NCBI RefSeq assembly: GCF_963921235.1
Contig: NC_086097.1
Location: forward strand, 243,848,001 to 243,912,000
Length of the DNA: 64,000 nt
Direction: 5' to 3'
Origin: Mobula hypostoma
Taxonomy: Eukaryota
Under the pieces are notes generated by a model. That model was not told the origin of the DNA, did not search any database, and saw nothing but the letters and a program-made list of their open reading frames with translations. A program made the position numbers and the translations under genes. This document shows, one piece after another, positions 1 through 11,165 of the stretch; the first letter of the stretch is position 1; each line of letters opens with the position of its first letter.

Positions 1-84
1 TGCATCAAAACAGATCAGGGAGTATTGTGCAGGGCAGATTTCAGCAGTCTGCATGCTTCCAGCCCCCCGTATAGCAAGGACCCA

Positions 85-265
85 ACTCACTAACCCTAAC
101 CTGTAGACCTTTGGGATGTGGGAGGAAACCAGAGCACCCAGAGGAAACCCACATGGTCACGGCGAGAGCATGCAGACTGCGTACAGACAGCAGTACGAAT
201 CACACTCCAATAATGGTTCCACTATAAAGCGATTACACTAACTGCTATGCCACTGTGCCGCCCCA
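85..265 (-). mobile_element. tRNA-derived V-SINE (HE1-like), degenerate
   Basis: Reverse complement of the V-domain core (gggaggaaaccagagcacccagaggaaacccac); matches the + copy at 1695-1970. Confidence 0.75.
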
Positions 266-479
266 TGTTTAAAATTTGTTCCTCTGAGGTGTTTAATTTC
301 ATTGTTTAAAAACCTTGACAGGCGTGGAAAATATAAATTCATACCACACAGACTTTTAGAAAAAGCAGTTTCCCATTGAACTCACTGCTGCTTAACTGTA
401 ATTCATTGTGACAAACTACTAAGGAAATAAATTATTATTTAAAATAATTTTGTAACTGTTTTTGTTAAGTATTTGTGGA

Positions 480-722
480 GCATTGATGATTGGGGGGGAG
501 ATTTGATTGAGGTACACAAAATTGTGAAGGATATTGCAAAATTAGATAGAGTAACTGCAGGCTTTTTTCCACTGAGGTAGGCTGAGTCTGGAACCAGAGG
601 TCATAGGTGAAGAGTGAAAGGTGAAATATTCAAGGGGAATCTAACAGGGAAATTCTTCACTGGTGTGAGAGTGGGGATGGAGGATGCAGGCTCAATTCCC
701 ACATTTGAGAGTAGTTTTGAGA
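480..722 (+). mobile_element. CR1 LINE 3' fragment (continues at about 1550-1620)
   Basis: Degenerate RGDLIEVYKI / FPLR / RGHR-type ORF2 C-terminus shared with other CR1 copies in the window. Confidence 0.7.
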
Positions 723-729
723 TCTGAAA

Positions 730-959
730 GATGTACAGTACTGCAACAGGCCCCTCTGGCCTACAGAGCCCACGCCACCCAATTACAACCATGTGACCAG
801 TTAATCTATAAACTATCCGTCTTTGGAATGTGGGAGGAAACCGGAGCACCCGGAGGAAATCCACGCGGTCACGGGGAGAAGGTACAAACTCCTTACTGAC
901 AGCAGAAAGAATAATGCTGTAAAAATGCTCTGATAACCGTGACGTTACCGTACTGTCCC
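730..959 (-). mobile_element. V-SINE (HE1-like)
   Basis: gtgggaggaaaccggagcacccggaggaaatccacgcggtcacggggagaa is the antisense V-domain. Confidence 0.8.
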
Positions 960-1158
960 ATGGTGTAGTTTGGGTAAACACATTCAAAAGGTTAAACAAA
1001 TCCAAAGGAAGACATGGGAGTCCAAGAATGCAGGGCTAACTTCGTGTTTACTTCAAGTGAGGTATGCACGTATCATGTGGAAATGTGACGATGTATGCAA
1101 TCCACGTAATTATACGCTTAACCCATGATTAATTATTTAAATGAACAAGAAAGATTAT

Positions 1159-1161
<3 letters not shown>

Positions 1162-1198
<37 letters not shown>
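1162..1198. repeat. (TA)n microsatellite
   Basis: Direct dinucleotide run. Confidence 0.95.
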
Positions 1199-1201
<3 letters not shown>

Positions 1202-1319
1202 CGAGAAGAAGTCCTGAAGAAGGTTCTCAGCCTGAAAAGTCGACTGCTTATTCATTTTCATAGATGCTGCCTGACCTACTGAGATCCTCCAGCTTTTTAT
1301 GTGTGTTACAATATATCTA

Positions 1320-1484
1320 CGAGACGTGATTGATAAGTTCGTGGCCTAAGGTAGAAGGAGATGAGTTATACAGCTCTCGTTACATGCACATGCAGGTCAA
1401 CTCTTTGAGTGATTATGCAGAAAGTTTGAAGTTAATAACTCATTTCCTTCTACTTTAGGCCACAAACTTATCAATCACCCCTCG
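1320..1484. mobile_element. Mariner-type MITE, 165 bp
   Basis: About 50-bp terminal inverted repeats (cgag..gtgattgataagtt.gtggcctaaggtagaagg / ccttctactttaggccacaaacttatcaatcacccctcg) flanked by TA at 1318-1319 and 1485-1486. Confidence 0.9.
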
Positions 1485-1694
1485 TATATCTATCTGTCTA
1501 TACATATATAAGACTTCTCAAATATTACTGAAATATTAAATACACAACAGTCCCAGTGTGGGTCAATGGGACTATGCAGAAAAACAGTTTAGCATGGACT
1601 AGATGGGCCAAAGAGTGTGTCTGAAGGGAGTTTTACACATTGTCTCGAGGGAGTGAAGATATGTGCTGTAGTGCCCTTTGAGTCTGTGACTCCA

Positions 1695-1970
1695 GTAGCA
1701 CGGTGGTCAGCACAACGCTTTATGGTACCAGTGACCCGGGTTCATTCTCGCCACTGCCTGTAAGGAGTTAGTACAATCTCCCCGTGACCATGTGAGTTTC
1801 CACGGGGTGCTCTGGTTTCCTCCCACAGTCCAAAGACGTACCGGTTGGTAGGTTAATGGTCATTGTAAATTGTCCCGTGACTGGGCTCGGATTAAATCGG
1901 GGGATTGCTGGGCAGCGTGGCTCGAAAGGCTGAAGGAGTCTATTCCACACTGTATCTCAATAAATAAATA
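1695..1970 (+). mobile_element. Near full-length V-SINE (HE1-like)
   Basis: tRNA-like head with B-box-like gggttcatt, V-core ggtttcctcccacagtccaaagac, and a CR1-like tail ending in (ataa)n. Confidence 0.85.
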
Positions 1971-2001
1971 ATGTGTGTGACTTCTGCTTTTTAAACTTCA
2001 G

Positions 2002-2080
2002 AAATGGCTGTAATGTGCAAGATATTGAGGAAAACAAGATGGACACATCAAAACCTTCATTAAACCCTCTGCTAGAAAGT
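2002..2080 (+). CDS. Candidate internal coding exon of an unidentified host gene (NGCNVQDIEENKMDTSKPSLNPLLES)
   Basis: Pyrimidine tract plus cag acceptor (AG 2000-2001), gtaagc donor at 2081, only one of three frames open, non-repetitive context. Confidence 0.5.
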
Positions 2081-3446
2081 GTAAGCAAGTCAGAACTATT
2101 CTATTTCAGCCCTTCAGTGTGATTGGTTAATTGTGGTCAAATGGCTGATTGTCTCTGTATGTCTCAGAACAGGTGCTGCACAGCTCTGCATTTGGTATCT
2201 CGCAAACCCTCGTGCCGTCGGCTTGGCAAAGTCCAAACAGTTCCATCAGGAAGGATCTGTATTTTCATAACTTTCAGAACTTCATCTGTTCCTTTCGTGG
2301 GTGAGGTGAGTAACATCTTAAAGCTGAAATCTGAGTTTGTGTTTAACTCGGGGTGAGTGATTTGGGTGAACAGCCGTATATAGTGAGACTATTACATGGT
2401 GCCTAAAGGGAGCAAAAGTCTGATCTCTGGAAACTTTTCAGTAATATTATCCAAGATCTGTAGCGAAGATCGAAAGCTAGTGTCGATGTGTTATTAAATT
2501 AGCAGACATTAAATCTCTGCTAATAATCTGCAGACTGGTTTGTACATACGGTATGTCAGCTGCAACTGATTATTTGAATAGGCTCCAAAACTGAAGTAAT
2601 TAGAGCTAAATTCACCTGATCGCTGTCTGTTTTGAACTTGTTGATTCTGGCTAAATACAGTCTTATGTTGTTGACCCGTGTGAGTTGGTAAAACTGAAGC
2701 CTAGAGAATAAGTCTAAGGGTAATAATAATCACGTCTGACTAACTGTCATTTCTGCTTCCAAGCACTGTTGTTGATTTCCCAGAAATGTCCATATCTGCG
2801 ATAAAGCATTGTGTTTGGGAAAGTTCAAGTTCAAACTGATTGTCATTCAACCGTACACATGTATACCGCCAAACAAAACAATGCTTCCACAGACTACACA
2901 GTACATATAATGCACAAACACAACACATAAAGTAATATTATCACAAATAAATTAACAAATAATAAGGTGCATTTATGACACAAGGTAAAAAGTTAAGCAT
3001 AATGCCACCAGTGCCTCCTGTGTGATGAGATCTGGGTGGTGGCAGGGAGTTCAATAGACCTTGTTATATAAAGGAAGTGAAATTACATTGCATGTTGGCA
3101 TGCAATTCATTCCTGTGCTGGAGAAAATCCTTAGATTTTTTGAATATTGATGTGAAAAAGACAGTCTAGTACAGGGGCTCTCAACCTCTTTTATGCCATG
3201 GAGCCTTGCCATTAGAGGGGTCCATAGACCCCAGGCTGGGAACCCCTGGTCTAGTAGATTCTTTCAGGTTTGATTTAGATTTCTTTTTGCTATGAGTTGC
3301 TTTACTTAGGAATAAAAAGGTGTAGGATATGATAAGAGTAAATTACCTCCATTTTCTCAGATCAGTTGTTCTAATTGGTCTTTTCCTGTGAACGTCTGCA
3401 AGAAAATGAATCTCGAGATAATATGTGCTAACATATACATATTTTA

Positions 3447-3991
3447 CACACTTTATTAGGTACCTAAAATGTGGTCACTGTGTTTGTGATCTTCTGCTGC
3501 TGCAGCCCATTCACATTAAGGTTCAATATGTTGTGCATTCAGGAATGCTCTTCCACACAGCACTGTTGTGCCACATGCTTATTTGAGTTACTATCGCCTT
3601 CCTGTCAGCTTGAGCCAGTCTGGCAATTCTCCTCTGACCTCTCTCATTAACAAGTCATCTTCACCCACAGAACTGCTGCTCACTAGATGTTTCCTGTTTC
3701 TCGAGCCATTCTCTGTAAACTCTACAGACAGTTGTGCGTGAAAATCCCAGGAGATCAGCAGTTTCCGAGATACTCAAACCAGCCTGTCTGGCACCAACAA
3801 TCATTCCACAGTCAAAGTCACTTAGATCACATTACTTCCAGATTCTGATGTTTAGTCAGAACAGCAACTGAACTTCTTGACCGTGTCGGCATGCTTTTAT
3901 GCATTGAGTTGTTACCACATGATTGGCTGATCAGATATTTGCATTAATGAGCAGGTGTACAGGTGCACCTAATAAAGTGGCCACTGTATGT
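3447..3991 (-). mobile_element. Non-autonomous Tc1-like element with a transposase N-terminal (paired-like HTH) relic
   Basis: Inverted ends cactttattaggtac / cctaataaagtggccactg; sister copies translate as KCDLSDFD.GMIVGAR.GGLSISE.ADLLGFSRTTVSRVYREW. Confidence 0.8.
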
Positions 3992-4701
3992 ATGTATATC
4001 ACTAATAAAGTTGATCCTTGATCCTTTAATGATCAATTTACTTTAATCTTTGAAATGTTGAACCTAAATCTTAATTTTGTGGGGTTTTTTTTGCTATTTG
4101 GCCTCAGCTTCAATTAAGAAAATGTTTTTGGCAATTTTATTCCAGAGAGTTATGGTTCATGGTAGTATTAATAAATATTAAGCACTAAATATCACAACTG
4201 GTTTGAAGATTATGTACATTTTTCTGAACCCTTGTAGTTTATTTGCATTTAAGAAGTAATCCTGTACTAATCCAATTTGTGAAGGGATTATTGACTCCAA
4301 CATTAAGAGTTAAAAACTGTTATTTAATAATAAAAGAGATTCAGTTCCTTCCTCTGCCCCACTAAGCAAGTGGGAACTGGTATGCCCAGAGGCTGTTGTG
4401 TTATTAATAGAAACTGTCTTCGATAATTGGAATATGCCAGGCTAGAGTTTTAAGCAACAGCTGTCTTTTCCATGATTTTCATTGTTGCAAATCCAGTCAA
4501 GAGCTCACCAGGCACCGATTTTCCCTCTGAGAACAAAATCATTATTTCCGAACAGTTCAAACACCGAACATGGAACTTCACAGGACAGTACTGGCCCTTC
4601 GGCCCATGATGTCCTGCCGACCTTTTGACGTATTCTAAGATAAATTTCACCCTCCTCTCTTTTAAAGCATATTGTTTTAAAGACAGAGATTAGCTTTATT
4701 T

Positions 4702-5632
4702 AGATCACCTGGGCAATACAAATACCTGTGTTAGGATGCTACTTACTGACTGCAGCTCAGCGTTTAACACCACCATTCCTACAGTGCTGCTCAAAAATCT
4801 ACAGAACCTGGGCCTCTGTACCTCCCTCTGCAACTGGATCCTCAACTTCCTAACAAAAAGTATTGGAAATAACATCTTCACCTCGATGACGATCAACACT
4901 GGCTCACTTCAGGGGTGTGTGCTTAGCCCATGGCCCTACTCTCTATATACCCATGACTGTGTGGCTAGGTGCCACTCAAATGCCATCTATAAATTTGCTG
5001 ATGATACAACCATTGTTGGTAGAACCTCAGATGGAGATGACAGAGTGCATAGGAGTAAGATGTGCTTGCTAGTTGATTGGTGTCACAGCAAAAAATTTGT
5101 ATTCAAACACAGTAAGACCAAAGTACTGGTTGTGGATTTCAGAAAGGGTAGGAGGAGGGAACACACACCAGTCCTCAGCAAGGGATCAGAAGTGGAAAGA
5201 GTGAGCACTGTCAAGTTCCTGGGTGTCAATATCTCTGAGGACCTAGCCTGGTCCCAACATATCGATACAGCTACAAAGATAGCACGACCGTGGTTATACT
5301 TTATTAGGAGTTTGAGGAGATTTGGTATGGCAGCAAAGACACTTTGCAAGTCTCTACAGATGTACGGTGGAGAGCATTCTAACTGGCTACATCACCATCT
5401 GGTATGGGGATGATGCACAGGATTGAGAAGAGCTGCAGAGAGTTGTAAACTTAGTCAGTTCCATCATGGGCACTAACCTCCATAGTATCCAGGACGTCTT
5501 CAAGAAGTGATGTCTCAAAAAGGTGGCATCTATCAGTCAGGACCCCCACCATCCGAGACATGTCCTTTTCTCATTGCTACCATTAGGAAGGAGGTAGAGG
5601 AGCCTGAAGGCACACACTCAATGATTCAGGAA
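4702..5632 (+). pseudogene. Rex1/Babar-type LINE reverse transcriptase fragment
   Basis: ORF 4736-5413 with D.SSAFNT, QGCVLSP..YSLYTHDC, KFADDTTIVG, KTK...VDFRK, KFLGV.ISEDL.WS motifs; frameshifted 3' part. Confidence 0.88.
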
Positions 5633-5639
5633 CCCATCT

Positions 5640-5856
5640 ACCTTATCCTAGCCTAAACATAGGACAATTTACAATGACCAATTAACCTACTGACCTGTCG
5701 GTCTTTGGACTGCGGGAGGAAACTGTAGCACCCAGAGAAAACCCACACGGTCCCAGGAAGAATATACTAACTCCTTACAGAACAGCAGTGGGAATTGAAC
5801 CTAGGTCACTGGTACTGTAAAGCATTGTGCAAACCACTACACTACTGTGTTGCCCC
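5640..5856 (-). mobile_element. V-SINE (HE1-like)
   Basis: Antisense V-core and antisense B-box (ggaattgaacc). Confidence 0.8.
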
Positions 5857-5951
5857 AAACTGTAACTGTTCACCTTCATTTCCCTCCAGAGCTGCTGCCT
5901 GATCTTCTGAGTTCCTCCAGCATTTTGTGTGTTCCAATACTGTACTGTGTA

Positions 5952-6800
5952 CAGTGCCCATAAAAAGTATTCACCCCCTTGGAAATTGTCATGTTTTATT
6001 GTTTTAAAACATTGAATCACAGTGGATTTAATTTGGATTTTTTGACACTGATCAACAATTGATTGCATAAGTATTCACCCCCTTCAAGTCAGTATTTAGT
6101 AGATGCACCTTTGGCATCAATTGCAGCCTTGAGTCTGTGTGCATAGGTCTCTATCAGCTTTGCACAGCTGGACACTGCAATTTTTCCCCATTCTTCTTTA
6201 CAAAACTGCTCAAGCTCCGTCAGATTGCATGGGGATCATGAGTGAACAGACCTTCTCATGTCCAGTCATAAATTCTCAATTAGATTGAGGTCTGGACTGT
6301 GACTTGGCCACTCCAGGACATTAACTTTGCTGTTTTTAAGCCATTCCTGTGTAGCTTTGACTTTATGCTTGAGGTCATTGTCTTGATGGAAACCAAATCT
6401 TCTCACAAGTGGCAGTTCTCTTGCAGACTGCATCAGGTTTTCCTCCAGGATTTCCCTGTACTTTGCTGCATTCTTTTTACCCTCTACCTTCATAAGCCTT
6501 CCAGGGCCTGCTGCAGTGAATCATCCCCACAGCATGATGCAGCCACCACCATGCTTCACGGTAGGGATGGTGTGTTTTTGATGATGTGCCAAACATAAGT
6601 GTTTAGCCTGATGGACAAAAAGCTCGATTTTGTTTTCACTAGACTATAGAACCTACTTCCAGCTGACTTTAGAATCTCCCCCATGCCTTCTGGAAAACTC
6701 TACCCATGACTTCATGTGAGATATTTTTCGACAGTGGCTTTCTCTTTACCACTCTCCCATAAAGCTGTGACTGGGGAAGCATCCAGGCAACAGTTGTTGT
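5952..6800 (-). mobile_element. Tc1-family transposon remnant (one TIR plus 3' half of the transposase)
   Basis: TA-cagtgccc...aaagtattcacccc TIR with an inner direct repeat near 6068; DD34E-type motifs QDND.KH and WPSHSPDLNLIENL in ORF 6266-6493. Confidence 0.9.
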
Positions 6801-7266
6801 CTCATTCCCTGTATTGACCACTCCCTCTGTCCGGCCACTCATTCCCTATACTGACCACTCCCTCTGTCCGGCCACTCGTTCCCTATACTAACCACTCCCT
6901 CTGTCCGGCCACTCGTTCCCCATACTGACCACTCCCTCTGACCGGCCACTCATTCCCCATACTGACCACTCCCTCTGTCCGGCCACTCATTCCCCATACT
7001 GACCACTCCCTCTGTCTGACCACTCGTTCCCCATACTGACCACTCCCTCTGTCCAGCCACTCATTCCCCATACTGACCACTCCCTCTGTCCGGCCACTCA
7101 TTCCCCATACTGACCACTCCCTCTGTCCGGCCACTCGTTCCCCATACTGACCACTCCCTCTGTCCGGCCACTCATTCCCCATACTGACCGCTCCCTCTGT
7201 CCGGCCACTCATTCCCCATACTGACCACTCCCTCTGTCCGGCCACTCATTCCCCATACTGACCACT
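6801..7266. repeat. Minisatellite, 37-bp unit x about 12.6 (ctcattccccatactgaccactccctctgtccggcca)
   Basis: Unit starts at 6801, 6838 ... 7208, 7245 in exact 37-bp register. Confidence 0.95.
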
Positions 7267-7527
7267 TTCTAGCTGGAAAAAAAATTGCTCCTCAGGTTCC
7301 TAATAATCCTTTCCCCTCTCAACTTAAAACGATCATTATCAATACCATCATCATATGTTGTACGTCGTGGGCAATCATATTTTTTTTGTTTCTTTTTCTT
7401 TTATTGCTCTCTTTTTGCACCACTTATTAAGTTTATTTTTATACGTTTCTAATTGTAATTTATATTTTTAAATTATGCATTGCAATGTACTGCTGCCACA
7501 AAACAAAATATTTCACAATATAGTTGG

Positions 7528-7815
7528 TTGGCATCCGTCTGTCTCGAAGGGCAATGGGTGATGATGGTCATCATCACGAGCCTGGGTCAAAGGTATGGAG
7601 ATCCTGAGATGCCCAGTCATTGAGATCCCCCTCTCGGCCTCACCAGTGTAGTCCAAAGGAAAGCTTATGAAGCAATACGTTTGGCACCAGCTTGGCTGCA
7701 GGAGCTGCCAGAAAGATGTTCAATAAAATCTAGCCGCCTTAGGGACTCCACTCTGGATTTGCTGTCTTGGTTTACTTGCGTAGCCTTTGTCTCTCCTGAG
7801 GCCGCCCACAAGGCA
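7528..7815 (-). mobile_element. RTE-derived non-autonomous retroelement, 3' part
   Basis: Homologous to 30550-31138; RTE-like 3' end (agacagacggatgcc on minus). Confidence 0.55.
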
Positions 7816-8682
7816 CGTATATGCCAATGATATTCAAACTGATTTTGATGCTGATATACCGCAGCTATCTGTGGCAATGAATTCTATAGATTCAGCACCC
7901 TCTATTCTGAGGCTGTGCCCTCTAGTCCTAGACTCCCCCACTATAGGAAACGTTCTCTCCATGTCTACCCTATTTAAGCATGTCAACATTTGGTTTGTTT
8001 CAATGAGATCCCCCCCTCGTTCTTCTAAACTCCTGTGGATAAAGGCTCAGAGCTATGAAATGCTCCTCCTCTATTAACACCTTAAATTCCAGGATCATTC
8101 TCGCCAACCTTCTCTGGACCTTCTCTGACTCCAGAATATCTTTTCCTAGATGACGGTGATCATTATTGTATGACATGGCTGATCATGGTCTTTGACCATG
8201 ATTGTTCTTGGCAAATTTTTCTACAGAAGTGGTTTGCTACTGGCTTCTTGTGGCCAGTGTCTTTACAAGACAGTTGACTCCAGCCACCCAAAGACCTAAG
8301 CCCTTTCATTTTTGATTCCCCAACCCTCAGAAAAAGGCTGTGTGCATTCACCAATTTATGCCCTTCATAATTTTATACACCCTTGTAAGATCTTGCCTCG
8401 TTCTCCTTTGCTCCTGTGAAAAAGGTCCCAACCTGCTCAACCTCCCTCCATATATCTGTTCCTCATATCCCAATGACATCCATGTGAATCTCCGCAGTAT
8501 TTTTTCCAGTTTAATGGCATCTTTCCTATTGTTGGGTGACTGAAACTGAACACATTCCTTTTAAACATTCTCCCTCTGAACTTAAATATTTGTCCTCTAG
8601 TCCTTGGAATTTTACTCTGGAGAAAAAAAAGATTTAGATTCAAATTTATTTGTTTGTCACGTGTACATTGAAACATAAAGGT

Positions 8683-8835
8683 AGCGGGGTGGAGATACAT
8701 CACTACCAAAGGAGGTGTAAGGTGCTCCATCCCTCCACTAGCCTGTAAGTCATCCTTGGGCAAGGTGTAGCACCTGCTAGCCTCCCAATCAGGGTCACAT
8801 GAAGCCATGGGAGCTGGTGGTGGATTGTTCAGCCA
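8683..8835 (+). mobile_element. Short interspersed repeat, probably RTE-derived (fuller copy at 29815-30185)
   Basis: Shared gggtggagatacatc.ctaccaaaggaggtg...gggcaaggtgtagc...cagggtcacatgaagccatgggagc. Confidence 0.55.
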
Positions 8836-9599
8836 TTGGGTTTTGACTTCCAGACCTCCAATTGACCTTCGGACTCTGCCCCTCAGTATTGACTCCCGAC
8901 TAGCTGATGACAGGACCCTGAACTGCAGGCCACGATCTTACTCTCCCTATTTCGCTCATGATCTAATGAACTATCAGGTATCCTGTCAGCCCCGGATGCT
9001 TCAAAGAAAACAACCCAACTTTTTCCAATCTCCCCTTATTAGCTTATGCCCTCTAATCCAGGCAGCATCCTGGTATCTTTCTTCTCCACCCTCTCCAAAG
9101 CATCATTCTTGTAATGAGACAACCAGAATTGCACACCGTACTCCAAGTGTGGCCTAACTGAAATCTTATACAGCCACAGCATTTCTTCCTGACACTTGTA
9201 CTTGTTCCCCTGATCATTGAAGCGAAGCGTGCAATATGCCTTCTTCACCATCCTGTCCATGCACTGTCCGGTCCCCGTGCCTCCTGTTCACATGGATAGC
9301 AGGCCCTGGGACCCAGCAACCAGGGCCATCCAAACATCCACTGATGTCCATTGTCACCCGTCCACGCCACAGCCATAACCAGAGTTCACTCTCGGCAGAA
9401 GATGCCTGCAACCTCACAGAGGCCTACTATCTCCCAAAAGCCTGAAAGTCAAAATCCAAAGTTCAAAGACCGAAGTTAGACAGTCTGGAAGCTGAGGCCT
9501 GGTATGTCTGTGAGTCTACAAATCTGGGCCAGAGGTTGGAGGTTGGAGGCCAAGAAACCTGTCCTGGGGTCGGAGGTCTGTCTGTGTGTGAGTGAGTAG

Positions 9600-10127
9600 C
9601 AGACATCCCACCTCTCCCGGAAGTTCCGGGAGTCTCCCCCATATTAATATTGGCTCCCTGATGCCCACAAATTATTATACAATATGCCGGAAATCAATTT
9701 TTTTGAGAGTGAGCAAGTGAGAGAGTGCAAGAGCGAGAGAGAGAGCATGAGAGAGAGCGAGAGAGAGAGTGCGCCATGGCAGAGTGTTCCAAAAAAAGAA
9801 AATATAAAATGTACGTCACCCCAGACTACCCTAAGGTATACCCCTGCCTAATAGAGATCAAAAATAATGACAGTGTTGCTCGCTGCACTGTTTGCAACAG
9901 TGACTTTTCTATTGCCCATAGTGGGTTAAGACTGTAAAAGACATGTTGAGGTGAGTTTAACAGGTGTCATTCGTTCATTCGCATAGCTAACGTTATTTAA
10001 ACTAGCTGGCTAGCTGCTAAGGAGCTACTCTTTTGCAGACATCGCACATCTCCTGGAAGTTCCGGGAGTCTCCCGCAAATTGATGGTGCTACCTCCCTGA
10101 AATGAGTTTTGCAGGGTGGGATGTTTG
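9600..10127 (+). mobile_element. Non-autonomous hAT-like DNA transposon with a BED-type zinc-finger exon relic and 6-bp TSD
   Basis: 13-bp TIR cagacatcccacc / ggtgggatgtttg; gagtag at 9594-9599 and 10128-10133; RCTVCNSDFSIAHSG(L)..CKRHVE followed by a gtgagt donor. Confidence 0.8.
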
Positions 10128-10230
10128 GAGTAGATGCGTAGGTGGGAGGGAGGAAGGAGGCTTGTTTTGCTGCTGTGGTGTTGATGTTGAGGTTGCTTGT
10201 GTTATTCTGCTGAACCTTATGGGCACGCTA

Positions 10231-10742
10231 CAGTACTTGCAAAAGTCTTAGGCACATACATATGCCCAGGGCGCTGTAGTAATTTAGTGCATTGCACTGT
10301 AATGCTGCCACAAATTAAAACTAATTTCACGACATATGTGAGTGATGATGAACCTGATTCTGATATGGGTCTCTATTGTGACTGAGAGTGGGAAGGGGGC
10401 AGGGAGAGGGGAATCCTGGTTGGGAAAGGGAGAAGGGAGGCAGTGGGAAGCGCCAGAGAGAAATTCTGTAATGATCAATAAACCAATTGTTTAGAATCAA
10501 ACGACCCTGCCTGGTGTCTCAGGGCTGGGTGTGTCTGCACCTACACCAACCCACCCCTGGCACACCTTCTCTGCCACCTGTCCCACACCCCTCCCTGAGG
10601 CTCCACCCTCGCTGCTCCCAACAACCTTTGCTTTAGCCAGGTTTACAAACTCAAACTTCGCTTCGCATTGACAAGCACAGTGCTTTGCAAACATTGTGGG
10701 CAGCTAGTCTATGCATACTGTACATGTGTGCCTGAGACTGTA
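10231..10742 (+). mobile_element. Composite Tc1-type MITE (two mini-palindromes enclosing a LINE tail)
   Basis: cagtact.tgcaaaagtcttaggcac ends; internal sequence repeated at 26425-27812 and 63688-64000. Confidence 0.7.
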
Positions 10743-11165
10743 GGTTGGTTCCAGAACGCGTGGCAACATTTGTAGGCTGATCCCAGCATATCCTTGAGTT
10801 GTGTTGGTTGTTAATGCAAACGGCGTACATGTGCGGATCTTGCTCTGTGCTCTGCTCATACTGACCAATGCAATGTGGACTGAGATGGAAGTGGACCGGA
10901 ATACATTCACCATTATTCCATGAGCAGTTCAGTGTGGAAATCTAGTTGCAACATGGCTCCTTGACTCTTGTACTCAGTGCCCTGACCACTAAAGGCAAGT
11001 GTGCCATCTGCCTTCTTCACTGCCCCACCTGTCTGACCCTTGTACATCCAATTCCAGGCCCTTCGGCCCACAATGTTGTACTGATCTTTCAACTAACTCT
11101 AAGATCAAATTAGTTCTTCCCTCCTATATATTCTTCCATTCTTCTATCACCCAAGAGTTTCTTAA

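Larger units (their letters stand above)
961..1549 (-). mobile_element. Probable solo LTR interrupted by (TA)n, a Penelope-derived repeat and a MITE
   Basis: TG...CA ends, gtccca on both sides (955-960, 1550-1555), and a related uninterrupted copy at 45274-45529. Confidence 0.5.

Noticed and set aside
90..101. Telomeric repeat seed (ctaaccctaacc)
   Set aside because: Only two units, lying within a SINE-associated tail
1695..1770. tRNA gene
   Set aside because: The tRNA-like head continues into a V-SINE core and tail, with no complete cloverleaf; the same applies to the other SINE heads
6883..7245. 120-aa repetitive ORF
   Set aside because: Artefact of the stop-free tandem repeat
6801..7266. 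CRISPR-like array (37-bp period)
   Set aside because: Units are head-to-tail with no unique spacers, there are no cas genes and the context is vertebrate; it is a minisatellite
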